Source: a bacterium (lineage in GTDB: Bacteria; Krumholzibacteriota; Krumholzibacteriia; G020349025). From it: 64,000 nucleotides of DNA. The stretch is taken from NCBI GenBank assembly GCA_031362565.1, contig JANLSU010000048.1:1-64000 (forward strand), read 5' to 3'. Shown here piece after piece: positions 35,470-46,149 of this stretch; within the stretch, counting starts at the first letter, position 1; each line of letters begins with the position of its first letter. The notes under the pieces were generated by a model. It searched no databases. It was not told the DNA's origin and saw only the letters and a list, made by a program, of their open reading frames with translations. Position numbers and translations under genes: made by a program.

Positions 35470-36381
35470 TCACACGAGGGCGAGGGCGGCAGCGACCGCC
35501 ACGTCGATGCGCGTCTGCTGCTCGGCAGGCACTTCTCCCAACGGCCGGCGCGCATGCCCGACCGGCAGGCCGCGCTTCCGAAGCGCGTACTTCACGCCGG
35601 GCACCGCGTAGCCCTTCCAACTCGTGGCAACGTCCCGCAGTGCCGCCTGCAGGCCCGCGGCGCGAGCGCTATCTCCAGCCTTCCACGCCGCTTCGAGGCC
35701 GACGGCGACTTCGGGCACAACGTGCGCGACGGCCAGAATGGCGCCGCCGGCGCCCGCTTCGAAGGCTTCGACGACGCGTGCCCCGCTGCCGACGAAGCCG
35801 CACGTCCGGGTCTGAGCGAGTGTCGCCGCCAGCGGTCCACCGTCCCCGGAACTATCCTTGAAGCCCCAAATATTCGGATGCCGCAGGATTTCGATCAACG
35901 TCGAAGCTGCCAGGTCGACACCGCTCATTTCGGGCATGTGATAGACGAAGACCGGCACCGGACTCGCGTCGGCAATCGCCATGTAGTGGCTGCGGAACGC
36001 CGCGTCGTCCATCCGCGCCCGGTAGGCGTGGGGCGTCAGAACCAGGACCGCATCGGCGCCGGCCGCCGCCAAGCGCCGTGTCAACGCGATGGTGCCGTGC
36101 GTCGAGGCGCGTCCGCTGCCCGCGAAAACCGGCACTCGCCCCTCGGCCGCCCGGTGTGCGGCCCGCACCAGCACCTCGGCTTCGTCGTCGCTGCAGTGCG
36201 CCGCTTCGCCGGTCGTGCCCAAGGCCAAGAATCCACTGACGCCGCGCTCGAGCAGCCACTCGACGTTGCCACCCAGCCATTCGGCTGCAAGTTGCTCGCC
36301 GTCGAACGGCGTCACGAGCGGCACCCAAATGCCGCGACATTGCTCCGGCTGCAACACGGCCTTCGCCTCCTTCAGGGGCAT
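35470..36381 (-). CDS. Dihydrodipicolinate synthase family aldolase
   Basis: PLVTPF, LGTTGEA, PVFVYH, GFKDSSGD. Confidence 0.88.
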   Translation of the reverse strand: MPLKEAKAVLQPEQCRGIWVPLVTPFDGEQLAAEWLGGNVEWLLERGVSGFLALGTTGEAAHCSDDEAEVLVRAAHRAAEGRVPVFAGSGRASTHGTIALTRRLAAAGADAVLVLTPHAYRARMDDAAFRSHYMAIADASPVPVFVYHMPEMSGVDLAASTLIEILRHPNIWGFKDSSGDGGPLAATLAQTRTCGFVGSGARVVEAFEAGAGGAILAVAHVVPEVAVGLEAAWKAGDSARAAGLQAALRDVATSWKGYAVPGVKYALRKRGLPVGHARRPLGEVPAEQQTRIDVAVAAALALV

Positions 36382-36472
36382 GGCCCGGATACCGGGCCGA
36401 ACCCGCACTTCATCCTGTAGACTCCGGACGCGAATTGCAACGCGCGGTTGAATCTTTCCAAGGGACGCTGCG

Positions 36473-37210
36473 ATGCACGGGGACCCAACCGACTCTCCCG
36501 CCGATGGACCGCGGCGTTTGGCGCGCGCCGAGGGCGTGCTGCTGGCGCGCACGCGCGGCTTCTGCGTGGTGCTCGAAGACGCGCATGATCCGCACAACGT
36601 GAGCGCGGTGTTGCGGACGTGCGACGCGCTCGGCATCCAAGATATCCATCTGGTGGCGGAGAACGAATCCGAATCGATCCTGAATCCCAAGGTCAGCACC
36701 GGCGCGCATCGCTGGCTGACGGTGCACCGGCATCGCGGTGCCGCCGAAGCCATCACCGCGCTGCGCAAGGCCGGCTACGATATTTGCGTCAGCCATCTGG
36801 GAGAGCAGGCCGTGCCGCTCGAGGCGCTGCCGGCGACACGCCGCGCCGCATATGTTTTCGGCAACGAAAAATCCGGTGTCACTAGGCGCTGGCTCGATGC
36901 CGCCGACGCAGTGTTTGTGATTCCCACCTCGGGTTTCAGCGGCAGCCTCAATCTCTCGGTCGCGGTCGCGCTCACGGTGTACGACCGGCGGTGCCAACGG
37001 GCGGCTGCCGGACTGCCGGTGGGCGATCTCGATGCGGCGGAACGCGCCGCGCTGCGCCACGCGTGGTATGCCGAACTGGCGCACGGCAGTGAAGACCGGC
37101 GGCGCGAATACGCCGCCTATCTCGGCGCCGGTGTGAAGCCCAAGGTCATGCCGGCGGCCAATCGCTCGACTGCCGGGCCGGCGCCGGCGCCATCCGCGGA
37201 CCGGCCGTGA
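36473..37210 (+). CDS. trmH: TrmH/SpoU RNA methyltransferase
   Basis: DPHNVSAVLRTCDA, FGNEKSGV, SLNLSVA. Confidence 0.85.
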   Translation: MHGDPTDSPADGPRRLARAEGVLLARTRGFCVVLEDAHDPHNVSAVLRTCDALGIQDIHLVAENESESILNPKVSTGAHRWLTVHRHRGAAEAITALRKAGYDICVSHLGEQAVPLEALPATRRAAYVFGNEKSGVTRRWLDAADAVFVIPTSGFSGSLNLSVAVALTVYDRRCQRAAAGLPVGDLDAAERAALRHAWYAELAHGSEDRRREYAAYLGAGVKPKVMPAANRSTAGPAPAPSADRP

Positions 37211-38556
37211 TCCGACGCGACGACGTACGCGAATCGTTGCGCCTCGCGCTGCCCGTGGTGCTGACGCAACTCGGTTCCATGGCCATGGGCACCGTCGATA
37301 CGCTCATGGCGGGACGCCTGGGACCCGAGGCGATTTCCGCCGTCGGGCTCGGGAGCAGCATCGGCATCGCGCCGCTCATCGTCGGAATGGGCACCCTTAT
37401 GGGGCTCGATCCGATCGTGTCGCAAGCCTTCGGCGCCGGTGATTTCCCGCGCTGCGGACGCGCGATGCGGCACGGCCTGTTGCTGGCATGCATCCTGAGC
37501 GTGCCGATCATGGCGGTGTTGTGGCAAGCGCGGTTCATCCTCACGCACTTGGGCGAACCACGTGAACTCGTCGACGCAACGGCGCCATTCCTCCGCGTTT
37601 GGAGTTTGGGCACCTTGCCGTTTTTGATGTTCGCCACGCTGCGCCAGTTTCTGCAGGGCGTCGGCGTCGTGAAGCCGGCGATGTGGATCGTGTTCGGCGC
37701 CAACGTCCTCAACTTTGCCGCCAACTGGGTGCTGATCTTCGGACATTGCGGCATGCCGGCGCTCGGCATCGTCGGGTCGGCGTGGGCGACCACCATCAGC
37801 CGCATTGCGATGTGCGTGGCGCTCGCACTGTATGTCTTCCGAAGGCCGGTGCTGCACCAGTACGCGGTCTGGGCGGCGCGCGGCCGCATCGATCGGGCGC
37901 TCTTCAGCCGCCTGGTGCACTTGGGTGCCCCGGTGGGCCTGCAGTTCGGGATGGAAGTCGGCGTCTTTTCGGCCGCATCGGTCATGATGGGATGGCTGGG
38001 AACGGTGGCGCTCGCCGGCCATCAAATCGCCCTCAACCTGTGCAGCATCACGTTCATGGTGCCGCTCGGGTTGTCGACCACCGCGGCAGTCCGCGTCGGC
38101 CAGGCACTCGGGCGCGACGATGTGCATGCCGCGCGCCGCGCCGCCGTCGTGGCCTACGGGATGGGAATCGGCTTCATGTCGCTCTCGGCACTGACGTTCG
38201 CATCCATCCCGCACCAGCTCGTCAGTTTGTATACCGGTGATCTGGCGGTGGCGGACATCGCGGCGCGCCTGCTGCTCGTGGGCGCCGTGTTCCAGGTCTT
38301 CGATGGCGGCCAGACGATCGGCATCGGAGCGCTGCGCGGTGCCGCCGATACACGCCTCCCGATGTTCGTGACGATCGTCGCGTACTGGGTGGTGGGCTTG
38401 CCACTCGGCTGGTGGCTCGCGTTTCGCGGCGGGCAAGGCCCGGCGGGGCTGTGGTGGGGTCTCACGGCCGGCCTGACGTGCGTGGCGTTAGTGCTCGGAT
38501 GGCGCTTCTACGTGCGGGTGCGGCCCGAGCGTTTGGCCGAACTCAAGGCCCACTGA
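37207..38556 (+). CDS. MATE family efflux transporter (NorM-like)
   Basis: VDTLMAGRLG, GLDPIVSQAFGA, FQVFDG..GALRG..DT; multiple TM helices. Confidence 0.92.
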   Translation: MIRRDDVRESLRLALPVVLTQLGSMAMGTVDTLMAGRLGPEAISAVGLGSSIGIAPLIVGMGTLMGLDPIVSQAFGAGDFPRCGRAMRHGLLLACILSVPIMAVLWQARFILTHLGEPRELVDATAPFLRVWSLGTLPFLMFATLRQFLQGVGVVKPAMWIVFGANVLNFAANWVLIFGHCGMPALGIVGSAWATTISRIAMCVALALYVFRRPVLHQYAVWAARGRIDRALFSRLVHLGAPVGLQFGMEVGVFSAASVMMGWLGTVALAGHQIALNLCSITFMVPLGLSTTAAVRVGQALGRDDVHAARRAAVVAYGMGIGFMSLSALTFASIPHQLVSLYTGDLAVADIAARLLLVGAVFQVFDGGQTIGIGALRGAADTRLPMFVTIVAYWVVGLPLGWWLAFRGGQGPAGLWWGLTAGLTCVALVLGWRFYVRVRPERLAELKAH

Positions 38557-40687
38557 CGCCCGGCGCACTGCGAACGATCCGCAGGATCCGGTCGGCGGGA
38601 ACGCGCACATCGATGAGGTTCTCGACGGCGCCATCGGGCCACGTCACCCGCACGACGTCGAGGCGCGTCGCCATGCCGATGCCGGCGCGCACCGGTTGCG
38701 TCGTGATGCGGCTCGATTGCACCAGCGTCCCGGTATGCACCTCGAGCCATGCACCGACGCCGTCCTGGATGCCACGCGGCCCCGCGAGGGAGATTTCGAG
38801 GTACCCGTTGGCGCTGCCGCCCTCGTTCCATTGCACTTCGACGACGCTGTCGGCGCGCACACACGCCAGATCGAGGTCACCATCGAGATCGAAGTCCGCT
38901 GCGGCGACCGAGCCGGTGAGGACAGGCGCCGACGCCGATTCGAGCCGGTCTTCGGCTGCGAATAGCACGCCGCGTCCCGAATTCCGCCACAACGCCAGAT
39001 CCGAGGCCCGCGGCGCGTTGGGGAGCGGCGGCTCGGGGGCCGTGTCTTCGGCCACTCCGGCTGAAGAACCGCGCGCATCGGCCGGCATGACTTTGCCCCC
39101 GACGGCAAAGTTCGTCGCCGGTGCAATGACGGGGCCGCGCGAGTGCAACGTCACGATGTCTTCGAACCCGTCGTTGTCGAAATCGAATCGTACCAAGCCC
39201 GCGACCGGCACCTCGACCGGACGATCGTGAGCATACGTTGTTTGCGGAACGCGATAGGCGGCGGCACGCACGAACCGCGCACTGCCGCGGTTGGCCAACA
39301 GCCAAAGGCCGTTTTCGTTGCCGACCAAGAGATCGAGGGTGCCGTCGGCATCCATATCCGCCGCATCGACGACGCGGGCGCGTTCCAAATTGAGGCCGGC
39401 GACCCGGCTCGTGTTGACGAAGGCGCCGGCGGCGGTTTGAACGAGGACCCGCAGCCGGCCGGCAACATCCGCGGCGACCAGATCGGGGCGTTGATCGCCG
39501 GAGAAATCGCCGCACACAACATCACGGAGCGGCGGCATGGACTCGAGCCCGCGCGCCGCAAATTCCGTATCGAAGCGTCCGTTGCCATCGTTGCGCCACA
39601 CATGCAATCCCGGCGCCGACGTCGTTGCGATAACCAGATCCAGATGGCCGTCGCGATCGAAATCACAACTTTGCCAGGCACGAATTTCGTACGGCACATC
39701 GGCAACGAGATCGGGCGCCGATGACCCGCCGTGCAGCAGCCACACGCGAGTGTGCAACGACGGCGGCGCCGCCGGCTTGGCCGTTGCCGCACCGGCGCTT
39801 GCATCCGGAATGGGCAGCGTCGCGGCGAGAATGACATCGGGCCGGTCGTCGCGATCGGCGAGCAGGGTGATTGCGGCCCGCACGGTACCCGCCGGCAAGA
39901 CCGGCTGCGGCGTCCAGCGCACGCCAGTGCCTGCCGAGTCGGCACGCAGTGCGACGTCGCTGCCGGCGAGCACCAGATCCGGGCGGCCATCGCCATTCAC
40001 GTCGGCAACTGCGAGCCCGGTGGCGCGCGCGTCGAGCGAATCACGGCGGAAACGCACCGTAATAGCGCCGGCCGTCGAGACCGGCGGCCGCGGCGGCACC
40101 TGCACATCGATGAGCCGCGCTGCTTCGGCGGTGGCGCTCGTTCCCGAAGGATCGAGGCGGGCCGCTTCGGCGCGCGACTTGTCCGCTAGGTCATGGCGCC
40201 CGGCGTCGGCATAGGCCGCGGCGAGGGCGGCGCGAATCGCCGGCGCGGTTGGGTCGGCACCGGCCGCGGCTTCGAAGTCTTGCAGTGCGAGCGCCAGCAG
40301 CCGGGCGGATTCCGCCTGTTTCTTTTCCGAACCATTGGATTGGGCTTCGTCACGCAATTCGTGGCCGCGCGTTTGACGCAGAACTCCGAGGTCGTAATGG
40401 GCGCGCGCGTCCTGCGGATCGACTTGCAGCGCGGTAGTCCAGGACTGTTCCGCGGCGCGCTCCTGGCCCCGCCGCCATTGCACGAGACCAAGATTCGTCC
40501 ACGCCACCGGATCGCGCGATTCGTCTGCGAGTTCGGAAAGGATGGCTTGAGCGCGTTTCAAATCGCCGTTCTCGAACCAAGCGCGCGCCTTCACCGTGGC
40601 TTCGTAGCGCGCTTCCGGACTCTCGGGGGCTGGGCTGCAGCCCAGTGCCAGCAAGAGGAGGACGAACGGACCCATCCGACGCAACAT
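38543..40687 (-). CDS. TPR + FG-GAP + ASPIC/UnbV lipoprotein
   Basis: LALGC lipobox; TPR helices; ADVNGDGRPDLV, DFDRDGHLDLV, DFDLDGDLDL; V.WPDG; start approximate. Confidence 0.8.
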   Translation of the reverse strand: MLRRMGPFVLLLLALGCSPAPESPEARYEATVKARAWFENGDLKRAQAILSELADESRDPVAWTNLGLVQWRRGQERAAEQSWTTALQVDPQDARAHYDLGVLRQTRGHELRDEAQSNGSEKKQAESARLLALALQDFEAAAGADPTAPAIRAALAAAYADAGRHDLADKSRAEAARLDPSGTSATAEAARLIDVQVPPRPPVSTAGAITVRFRRDSLDARATGLAVADVNGDGRPDLVLAGSDVALRADSAGTGVRWTPQPVLPAGTVRAAITLLADRDDRPDVILAATLPIPDASAGAATAKPAAPPSLHTRVWLLHGGSSAPDLVADVPYEIRAWQSCDFDRDGHLDLVIATTSAPGLHVWRNDGNGRFDTEFAARGLESMPPLRDVVCGDFSGDQRPDLVAADVAGRLRVLVQTAAGAFVNTSRVAGLNLERARVVDAADMDADGTLDLLVGNENGLWLLANRGSARFVRAAAYRVPQTTYAHDRPVEVPVAGLVRFDFDNDGFEDIVTLHSRGPVIAPATNFAVGGKVMPADARGSSAGVAEDTAPEPPLPNAPRASDLALWRNSGRGVLFAAEDRLESASAPVLTGSVAAADFDLDGDLDLACVRADSVVEVQWNEGGSANGYLEISLAGPRGIQDGVGAWLEVHTGTLVQSSRITTQPVRAGIGMATRLDVVRVTWPDGAVENLIDVRVPADRILRIVRSAPGVSGP

Positions 40688-40968
40688 CGCTCCGCACCTT
40701 CCCATCCGCCTCGACCCCATGCACCGCACCGCGCGGCGCCGCGCGCGCCTCCAGACGACACCTGACGACGTGGTGGCTCAGGCCTGGAATCCGCGCGCCA
40801 CCGGCACCCGACAGTGCGCAAGATGCACGCCGGGACGGCTTGCCCCCCGCGCCGCACGTGCAGCGGCATTGTACGGCGGCGTGCAGCCGGTCTCAATGCA
40901 TCCGATCAGCAGTGTCCACTGCGTGGCGCATTGCTTCTCGATGCACCCGCCTGCGGTTGCTGGCTGCG

Positions 40969-40984
40969 TGGCACTCCGAATGCT
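40969..40984 (+). promoter_or_regulatory. Putative sigma54 promoter
   Basis: TGGCACTCCGAATGCT (GG-N10-GC); overlaps an alternative extended -10 TGCTATAGT. Confidence 0.45.
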
Positions 40985-41057
40985 ATAGTTTCGATGGATT
41001 TCGGCCGCGCGGTGCGTAGTCGCGCTTGCCTGCCCTCTGAACTGCGAGGTTTTCATC

Positions 41058-41612
41058 TTGAAACAACGGCGGCTGGTTTCGATCGCGACGCTGGCGGTGA
41101 CGCTGGCGGCCGCGGTGGGCGGTCTGGCGGTAGTGGGGGCCGGTTCCGAACGCACCGCCCCGGTCGCCGCCGAGGTGCGCCCGGCACCGCAATCCTGCAA
41201 ACCCGTGGCGCCGGTGCATGTGACGCTCGAGCCAGGCGCCGCGCCCGGCGTGTGGCATGTGCACCTGAATGCGGTCGCGAGTGCGAACGACGTCACCGTC
41301 GTCGTGGGGTCGAACCGTGGCGACGTCGCGGCCGGCAGCCTCGTGGTCTGGCACGGCAGCCTCGAGCCCGGTGCCGGTCAGGCGATCGAAGCCCGGTTCC
41401 CGGTTGCCGACGATGTGACCAGCGTTTGGGCCGAAGCTCGGATCGCATCCGCGCCCGGCGTGACGCAGCGCGACCTGGCGGTACTCGAGGTGCTGAACGG
41501 CAAGGCAGCGGCCCGAACTGCGAGTTCCGCCGCCACCGGGCGGGTCGTCACCGACCCGCAGACCGGCGAGTCCGTGGTCGAGTTTCAGGGTGAAACGGCG
41601 GGCAAGCGATGA
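41058..41612 (+). CDS. Secreted hypothetical protein
   Basis: TTG start after GAGG; signal peptide; ATGA-coupled to the next gene. Confidence 0.7.
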   Translation: MKQRRLVSIATLAVTLAAAVGGLAVVGAGSERTAPVAAEVRPAPQSCKPVAPVHVTLEPGAAPGVWHVHLNAVASANDVTVVVGSNRGDVAAGSLVVWHGSLEPGAGQAIEARFPVADDVTSVWAEARIASAPGVTQRDLAVLEVLNGKAAARTASSAATGRVVTDPQTGESVVEFQGETAGKR

Positions 41613-43765
41613 GCCGCCGCGCCCGCCTCGGCGCCGCCTTTGCCGCGGTTCTCGCTATCGCCGCGACGGCACAGGCCAACTACACGGTGAGCGGCAAGTT
41701 TCAGTACCGTGACCGCCCGTTCGGCGCATCCGGTTTCACCGGTACGACGGTCGATCTCCCGATCCGGTTCGCCGACGTCGAAGTCTATGACACCAGCACC
41801 AGCGCGGTTCTGGGGTCGGGGGCCACGGATGCAACCGGCAGTTTCTCTTTTGCGGTGACCGACGCCGCGACTCGCAACATCGCCGTGCGGGCCAAGACGA
41901 CGTCGGTGAAGACGCCCACTCTCAAGATCCGGGTGATCACTCCGTCGCCGGGTAACCTCGTATTTGCGGTCGCGACGACGGCGTTCAACAACCACACCTC
42001 GACCACGAACATCGACTTCACCGCGACACCGGTGGTGGCGGTCCCCTCGGTCTTCACCGCCCCCGCTGTAGCAGGTGCCGGGGACGCATTCAATATTTTC
42101 GACAACGCGCTCGACGCGATGGACTTCATCGCCACGCTGAACGGCTCACGCCCGACACAGCTCTTGACGCTGCACTGGGATCTGAATTCGGGCGATGGAA
42201 CGTACTACTCGGATGCCGACCGGACCATTCACTTGCTGGGCCTCAGCAGCGATTCTGACGGTTACGACGATACGGTGATTCTGCACGAAATCGGCCACTA
42301 CACCGAGTTCACGCTGGCGGCGAGCGACAACCCCGGCGGCGGTCACAGTCTGAACGGGGTGTACGCGCTGACCCTGACCTGGTCCGAGGGCTGGGCGACG
42401 TTCTTCGCGAACATGGTGCGCAAGTGGCGGGGTTTCTCGCGGCCCGAGATCTACGTCGACATGTTCCCAGCGGCCGGATCCGGCCATCTGTTGATTTCCT
42501 ACGAATTGGAAACCCCGAATGCCGGCGTGCTTGGCGCCGACAACGAGGTTTCGGTGAATGCAGCGCTGTGGGATCTGGTCGATGACACGACGACACTGGA
42601 CGCGACACCCGGCGTCGATGACGACCCGCTGCGGCTGCCGAACGGTCCCCTGGAGTTCTGGCAAACGTTCACGACCTATTTCCCAACTGCGACGACGATC
42701 AGCATGGAAGATTTTTGGGACGGCTGGTTCGCGGGCGGACATGACCACCTGGCGGACATGCGCACCACCTTCGGAGCGCACGGGATCGAGTATTTTGACG
42801 ACAGCTTCGAACCGGATGACGGCGTCGCGCAAGCGCGGACCGTGGTGGCCGGCTCGGCTGCCGCGCATCACACGATCTACTCGGCCGGCGATGCGGATTG
42901 GTGCATCATCGGCGTGCAGGGCGGCGCGCAGTATGAGTTCATGACCCAGTCCCCGGCCCGAACCTTTCCGCCCCCAGCAACCCCGCCGCTGCTGAGCGGT
43001 GGGGTGACCCACCTCGAGCTCTATGTCAACAATGGCGCGACCCTGGTCGCGACCAGCGCCGACGACAATCCGGTCTCGACGCTCAGCTACACGCCGGCAC
43101 AGACGAGCATCGTCTGGCTGCGTTGCCGGCGCCCGGACAATGTCAATACGTACGGATCGTACGACCTCGTGGTGACCGGACCGCCGGTTGCCGTCCGGGT
43201 GAGCGATGTCAACGTCAATGCCTTCGGCCGGGCCCTGCGCCTCACTTGGCAGGCAGCGCGCGATGGCGCGTTCTCGCACTTCGAGATCGAGCGCGCCGGG
43301 TCCGACACCGGGCCCTGGGACGTCCTCGGAACCGTTGCCGAACCGGGCAACGCCAATACGCCCTACGAATTTGTCGATGCGACGGTGGAGGCCGGAAGGA
43401 CGTATCAATTCCGTATCATAGGCGTCGAAGCCGACGGCACGCGCGAAGCATTCGGACCGTTCGCGGCCACGGCGCCGGCACCGGCACGAGTCGCGCTCGC
43501 GGCGCCGCAGCCGAATCCGTTCAATCCAACGACCGTATTGCGCTTCGAATTGCCACGCGCGGGGCGGGTCTGGCTGCGGATTTTCGCGGCTTCCGGAGCG
43601 CACATCCGCAGCCTCGTCGCCGGCGAATCCCTGGGCGCGGGTTCCTACGCGCGCACCTGGGACGGGCGCGACGACAGCGGCCATGCAGCGGCTTCCGGGG
43701 TGTACTGGGCGCGCGTCGATGCCGGCGCGGAACACGCCACCCAGCGCGCGGTGCTGGTGCGCTGA
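41609..43765 (+). CDS. Secreted zinc metallopeptidase-like protein with FlgD-Ig C-terminal domain
   Basis: Signal peptide; ILHEIGH ... WSEGWA; PNPFNP...WDGRDD.G...ASGVY. Confidence 0.8.
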   Translation: MSRRARLGAAFAAVLAIAATAQANYTVSGKFQYRDRPFGASGFTGTTVDLPIRFADVEVYDTSTSAVLGSGATDATGSFSFAVTDAATRNIAVRAKTTSVKTPTLKIRVITPSPGNLVFAVATTAFNNHTSTTNIDFTATPVVAVPSVFTAPAVAGAGDAFNIFDNALDAMDFIATLNGSRPTQLLTLHWDLNSGDGTYYSDADRTIHLLGLSSDSDGYDDTVILHEIGHYTEFTLAASDNPGGGHSLNGVYALTLTWSEGWATFFANMVRKWRGFSRPEIYVDMFPAAGSGHLLISYELETPNAGVLGADNEVSVNAALWDLVDDTTTLDATPGVDDDPLRLPNGPLEFWQTFTTYFPTATTISMEDFWDGWFAGGHDHLADMRTTFGAHGIEYFDDSFEPDDGVAQARTVVAGSAAAHHTIYSAGDADWCIIGVQGGAQYEFMTQSPARTFPPPATPPLLSGGVTHLELYVNNGATLVATSADDNPVSTLSYTPAQTSIVWLRCRRPDNVNTYGSYDLVVTGPPVAVRVSDVNVNAFGRALRLTWQAARDGAFSHFEIERAGSDTGPWDVLGTVAEPGNANTPYEFVDATVEAGRTYQFRIIGVEADGTREAFGPFAATAPAPARVALAAPQPNPFNPTTVLRFELPRAGRVWLRIFAASGAHIRSLVAGESLGAGSYARTWDGRDDSGHAAASGVYWARVDAGAEHATQRAVLVR

Positions 43766-43769
43766 GCCT

Positions 43770-44357
43770 TCACATGATGTTCAGGAGCAAGCGCGCATCC
43801 TCGGACATCATGGCGGGCGTCCAGGCCGGCTCCCATACCAGATCGATGTTGCAGTCGGCGACGCCGTCCACGGCGGCGACCTTGGCCTGTACTTCGGGCG
43901 GCAACGATTCGGCGACGGGGCACATCGGCGACGTGAGCGTCATGCGAATGTCGATCCGGCCTTCGGGCTGCAGGTCGATCTCATAGATGAGCCCAATGTC
44001 ATAGATATTCACCGGAATCTCCGGATCGTAGATGCTGCGCAGCGCATCGACGATCGCCTGGCGCAGCGGCGCCATACTGCCATCGTGCGAATCGCGCGCG
44101 TGCGACGGCACCAGGGCCATCGCGTCGAGGGACGCATGGGGCGTCGCCGTTTCGGGCCCGGAGCTCGGAACCGCCGGCGTTGCGGCTGCCGGTGCGGGCT
44201 CAGCCGACGCCCCATGTGACGACGCAGCGTGCGACGACGCGACATACGCGGCCGCTCCAAACGGCGTTCCACTCACGGCGATATCATCGATCGGTGCCCC
44301 GGTGGCGGCGGTGTTCACTGCGTCCGGCGACGCGCCTGCCGGCTCGTTGCTGATCAT
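43770..44357 (-). CDS. sufT: DUF59/SufT FeS assembly protein with low-complexity N-terminal extension
   Basis: IYDPEIPVNIYDIGLIY, MTLTSPMCPVA, LVWEPAW; RBS AGGAGG before ATG 44357. Confidence 0.85.
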   Translation of the reverse strand: MISNEPAGASPDAVNTAATGAPIDDIAVSGTPFGAAAYVASSHAASSHGASAEPAPAAATPAVPSSGPETATPHASLDAMALVPSHARDSHDGSMAPLRQAIVDALRSIYDPEIPVNIYDIGLIYEIDLQPEGRIDIRMTLTSPMCPVAESLPPEVQAKVAAVDGVADCNIDLVWEPAWTPAMMSEDARLLLNIM

Positions 44358-44379
44358 CGGTCCCTCCTGCGCTTTCTGT

Positions 44380-44847
44380 TCAGTCTTCCGTCGAAACCAC
44401 CGCATCGCCATCCGCCTTCAGTGCGGCGTGCAACGTGTGCCACGCCAGACTCGCGCACTTGACGCGGGCCGGAAACTCCCGGACCCCCGCGAAGACCTCG
44501 AGCTTGCCCAACTCCACATCGGCGTCGGCCGGTGCGGGCGCGGTGTCGGTCACCAGAGTGTGAAAGCGCCGGAACAGCGCTTCGACGTCGCCGACGCTGC
44601 GGCCCTTCACGGTCTGCGTCATCATCGAGGCCGAGGCGGTCGAGATCGCGCAACCGGCCCCCTCGAAGCTCGCGTCTTGGATCACGCCATCCTGCACGTC
44701 GAGGTAGACGTGCAAGCGATCGCCGCACAAACGGTTGAAGCCCTCGGCCTTGCGCACTCCCGCCACCGCCAGGGCGTGATGGTTGCGCGGCTTGCGCGCA
44801 TGTTCCAGGATCACTTCCTGGTAGAGATCACGCAGGTCATCGGACAC
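44380..44847 (-). CDS. sufU: SUF system NifU-family protein
   Basis: DLYQEVILEH, NRLCGD, GCAISTASAS, RVKCASLAWH. Confidence 0.93.
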   Translation of the reverse strand: MSDDLRDLYQEVILEHARKPRNHHALAVAGVRKAEGFNRLCGDRLHVYLDVQDGVIQDASFEGAGCAISTASASMMTQTVKGRSVGDVEALFRRFHTLVTDTAPAPADADVELGKLEVFAGVREFPARVKCASLAWHTLHAALKADGDAVVSTED

Positions 44848-44889
44848 GGCGTTGCGGCCTCGTTTCCATTTGCAGTGGGCCTTGGTGAA

Positions 44890-46149
44890 TCAGCCCAGCC
44901 AGTCGATTGCCTTTTGGACCGCTTTGGCGAGCGCTTCGACCTCGCCGGCAGTGTTGTACAGCCCGAACGACGCCCGCGCCGTGGCCGGGATTCCGAACCG
45001 GTCCATGACCGGCTGGGCGCAATGATGGCCGGTGCGGATCGCAATGCCTTCGCGGTCGAGAATCGTGCCCACGTCGTGCGGATGCACACCGTCGATGACG
45101 AACGACAGGACGCTCGCCTTGTGCTCTGCTGTGCCGACCAGCCGCACGCGCGGCATCCGGCCGAGCGCTTCGGTCGCAAGCTGCAGAAGCCGGGCCTCGT
45201 GGGCGGCGATCGCGTCGAGCCCGAGCGATTCGACATAGTCCAGCGCTGCCCCAAGTCCGATGCCGGCAGCGATGTCGGGCGTCCCCGCCTCGAACTTCCA
45301 CGGCAAGCGATTCCACTCCGAGCGCTCGAACGTCACGGAGCGAATCATGTCACCGCCGCCTTGCCACGGTGGCATCGCTTCCAAGAGCGCTTGCTTGCCA
45401 TGCAAGACGCCACTGCCCGTCGGCCCATAGACCTTGTGGCCGGAAAACGCCAGGAAGTCGGCGTCCAGCGCCTGCACGTCGACAGCCATGTGCGGCGCGG
45501 CCTGGGCTGCATCGACGAGCACCGGAACGCCGCGGGCGTGCGCCGCGCGCACCATTTCGACGATCGGATTGACGGTGCCAAGCGCATTCGACACCCAAGC
45601 GAGGGCCGCAAAGCGGGTCCGGGGGCCGATCAGCGCTTCGTACGCCGCCAACGGCACCGCGCCTGCATCATCGATCGGCACGTGGACGAGCGTCGCACCC
45701 GTACGCGCGCACAGCAATTGCCAGGGCACGATATTCGAGTGGTGCTCGAGGCCGGTGATGAGGATTTCGTCGCCCGGCTGCAGGCGCGCGGCGACGAAAC
45801 TATTGGCCACCAGGTTGATGGCTTCGGTGGTGCCACGGACGAAAATGATTTCGCGCTCGCTTGCCGCGTTCACGAAGCGGCGAACGCGCTCGCGCGCCGC
45901 TTCGTAGGCGTCGGTAGCCCGGACCGAAAGCAAGTGCACGCCGCGGTGGATGTTCGAGTTGTCCACCGCGTAGAAGCGGCTGATCGCGTCGATCACCTGG
46001 CGCGGCTTGTGGGTGGTCGCCGCGTTGTCGAGATAGACCAGCGGCCGGCCATGGACGTCCTGATCGAGCGCCGGGAAATCGCGCCGCACGGCTTCGACAT
46101 CGTAGGCGCGCTTGGTACCGGCGGCGGTGACCGGAGTGGCGGGCGTCAT
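44890..46149 (-). CDS. sufS: Cysteine desulfurase
   Basis: YLDNAATTHKP, EHHSNIVPWQ, FSGHKVYGP, RTGHHCAQP. Confidence 0.95.
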   Translation of the reverse strand: MTPATPVTAAGTKRAYDVEAVRRDFPALDQDVHGRPLVYLDNAATTHKPRQVIDAISRFYAVDNSNIHRGVHLLSVRATDAYEAARERVRRFVNAASEREIIFVRGTTEAINLVANSFVAARLQPGDEILITGLEHHSNIVPWQLLCARTGATLVHVPIDDAGAVPLAAYEALIGPRTRFAALAWVSNALGTVNPIVEMVRAAHARGVPVLVDAAQAAPHMAVDVQALDADFLAFSGHKVYGPTGSGVLHGKQALLEAMPPWQGGGDMIRSVTFERSEWNRLPWKFEAGTPDIAAGIGLGAALDYVESLGLDAIAAHEARLLQLATEALGRMPRVRLVGTAEHKASVLSFVIDGVHPHDVGTILDREGIAIRTGHHCAQPVMDRFGIPATARASFGLYNTAGEVEALAKAVQKAIDWLG

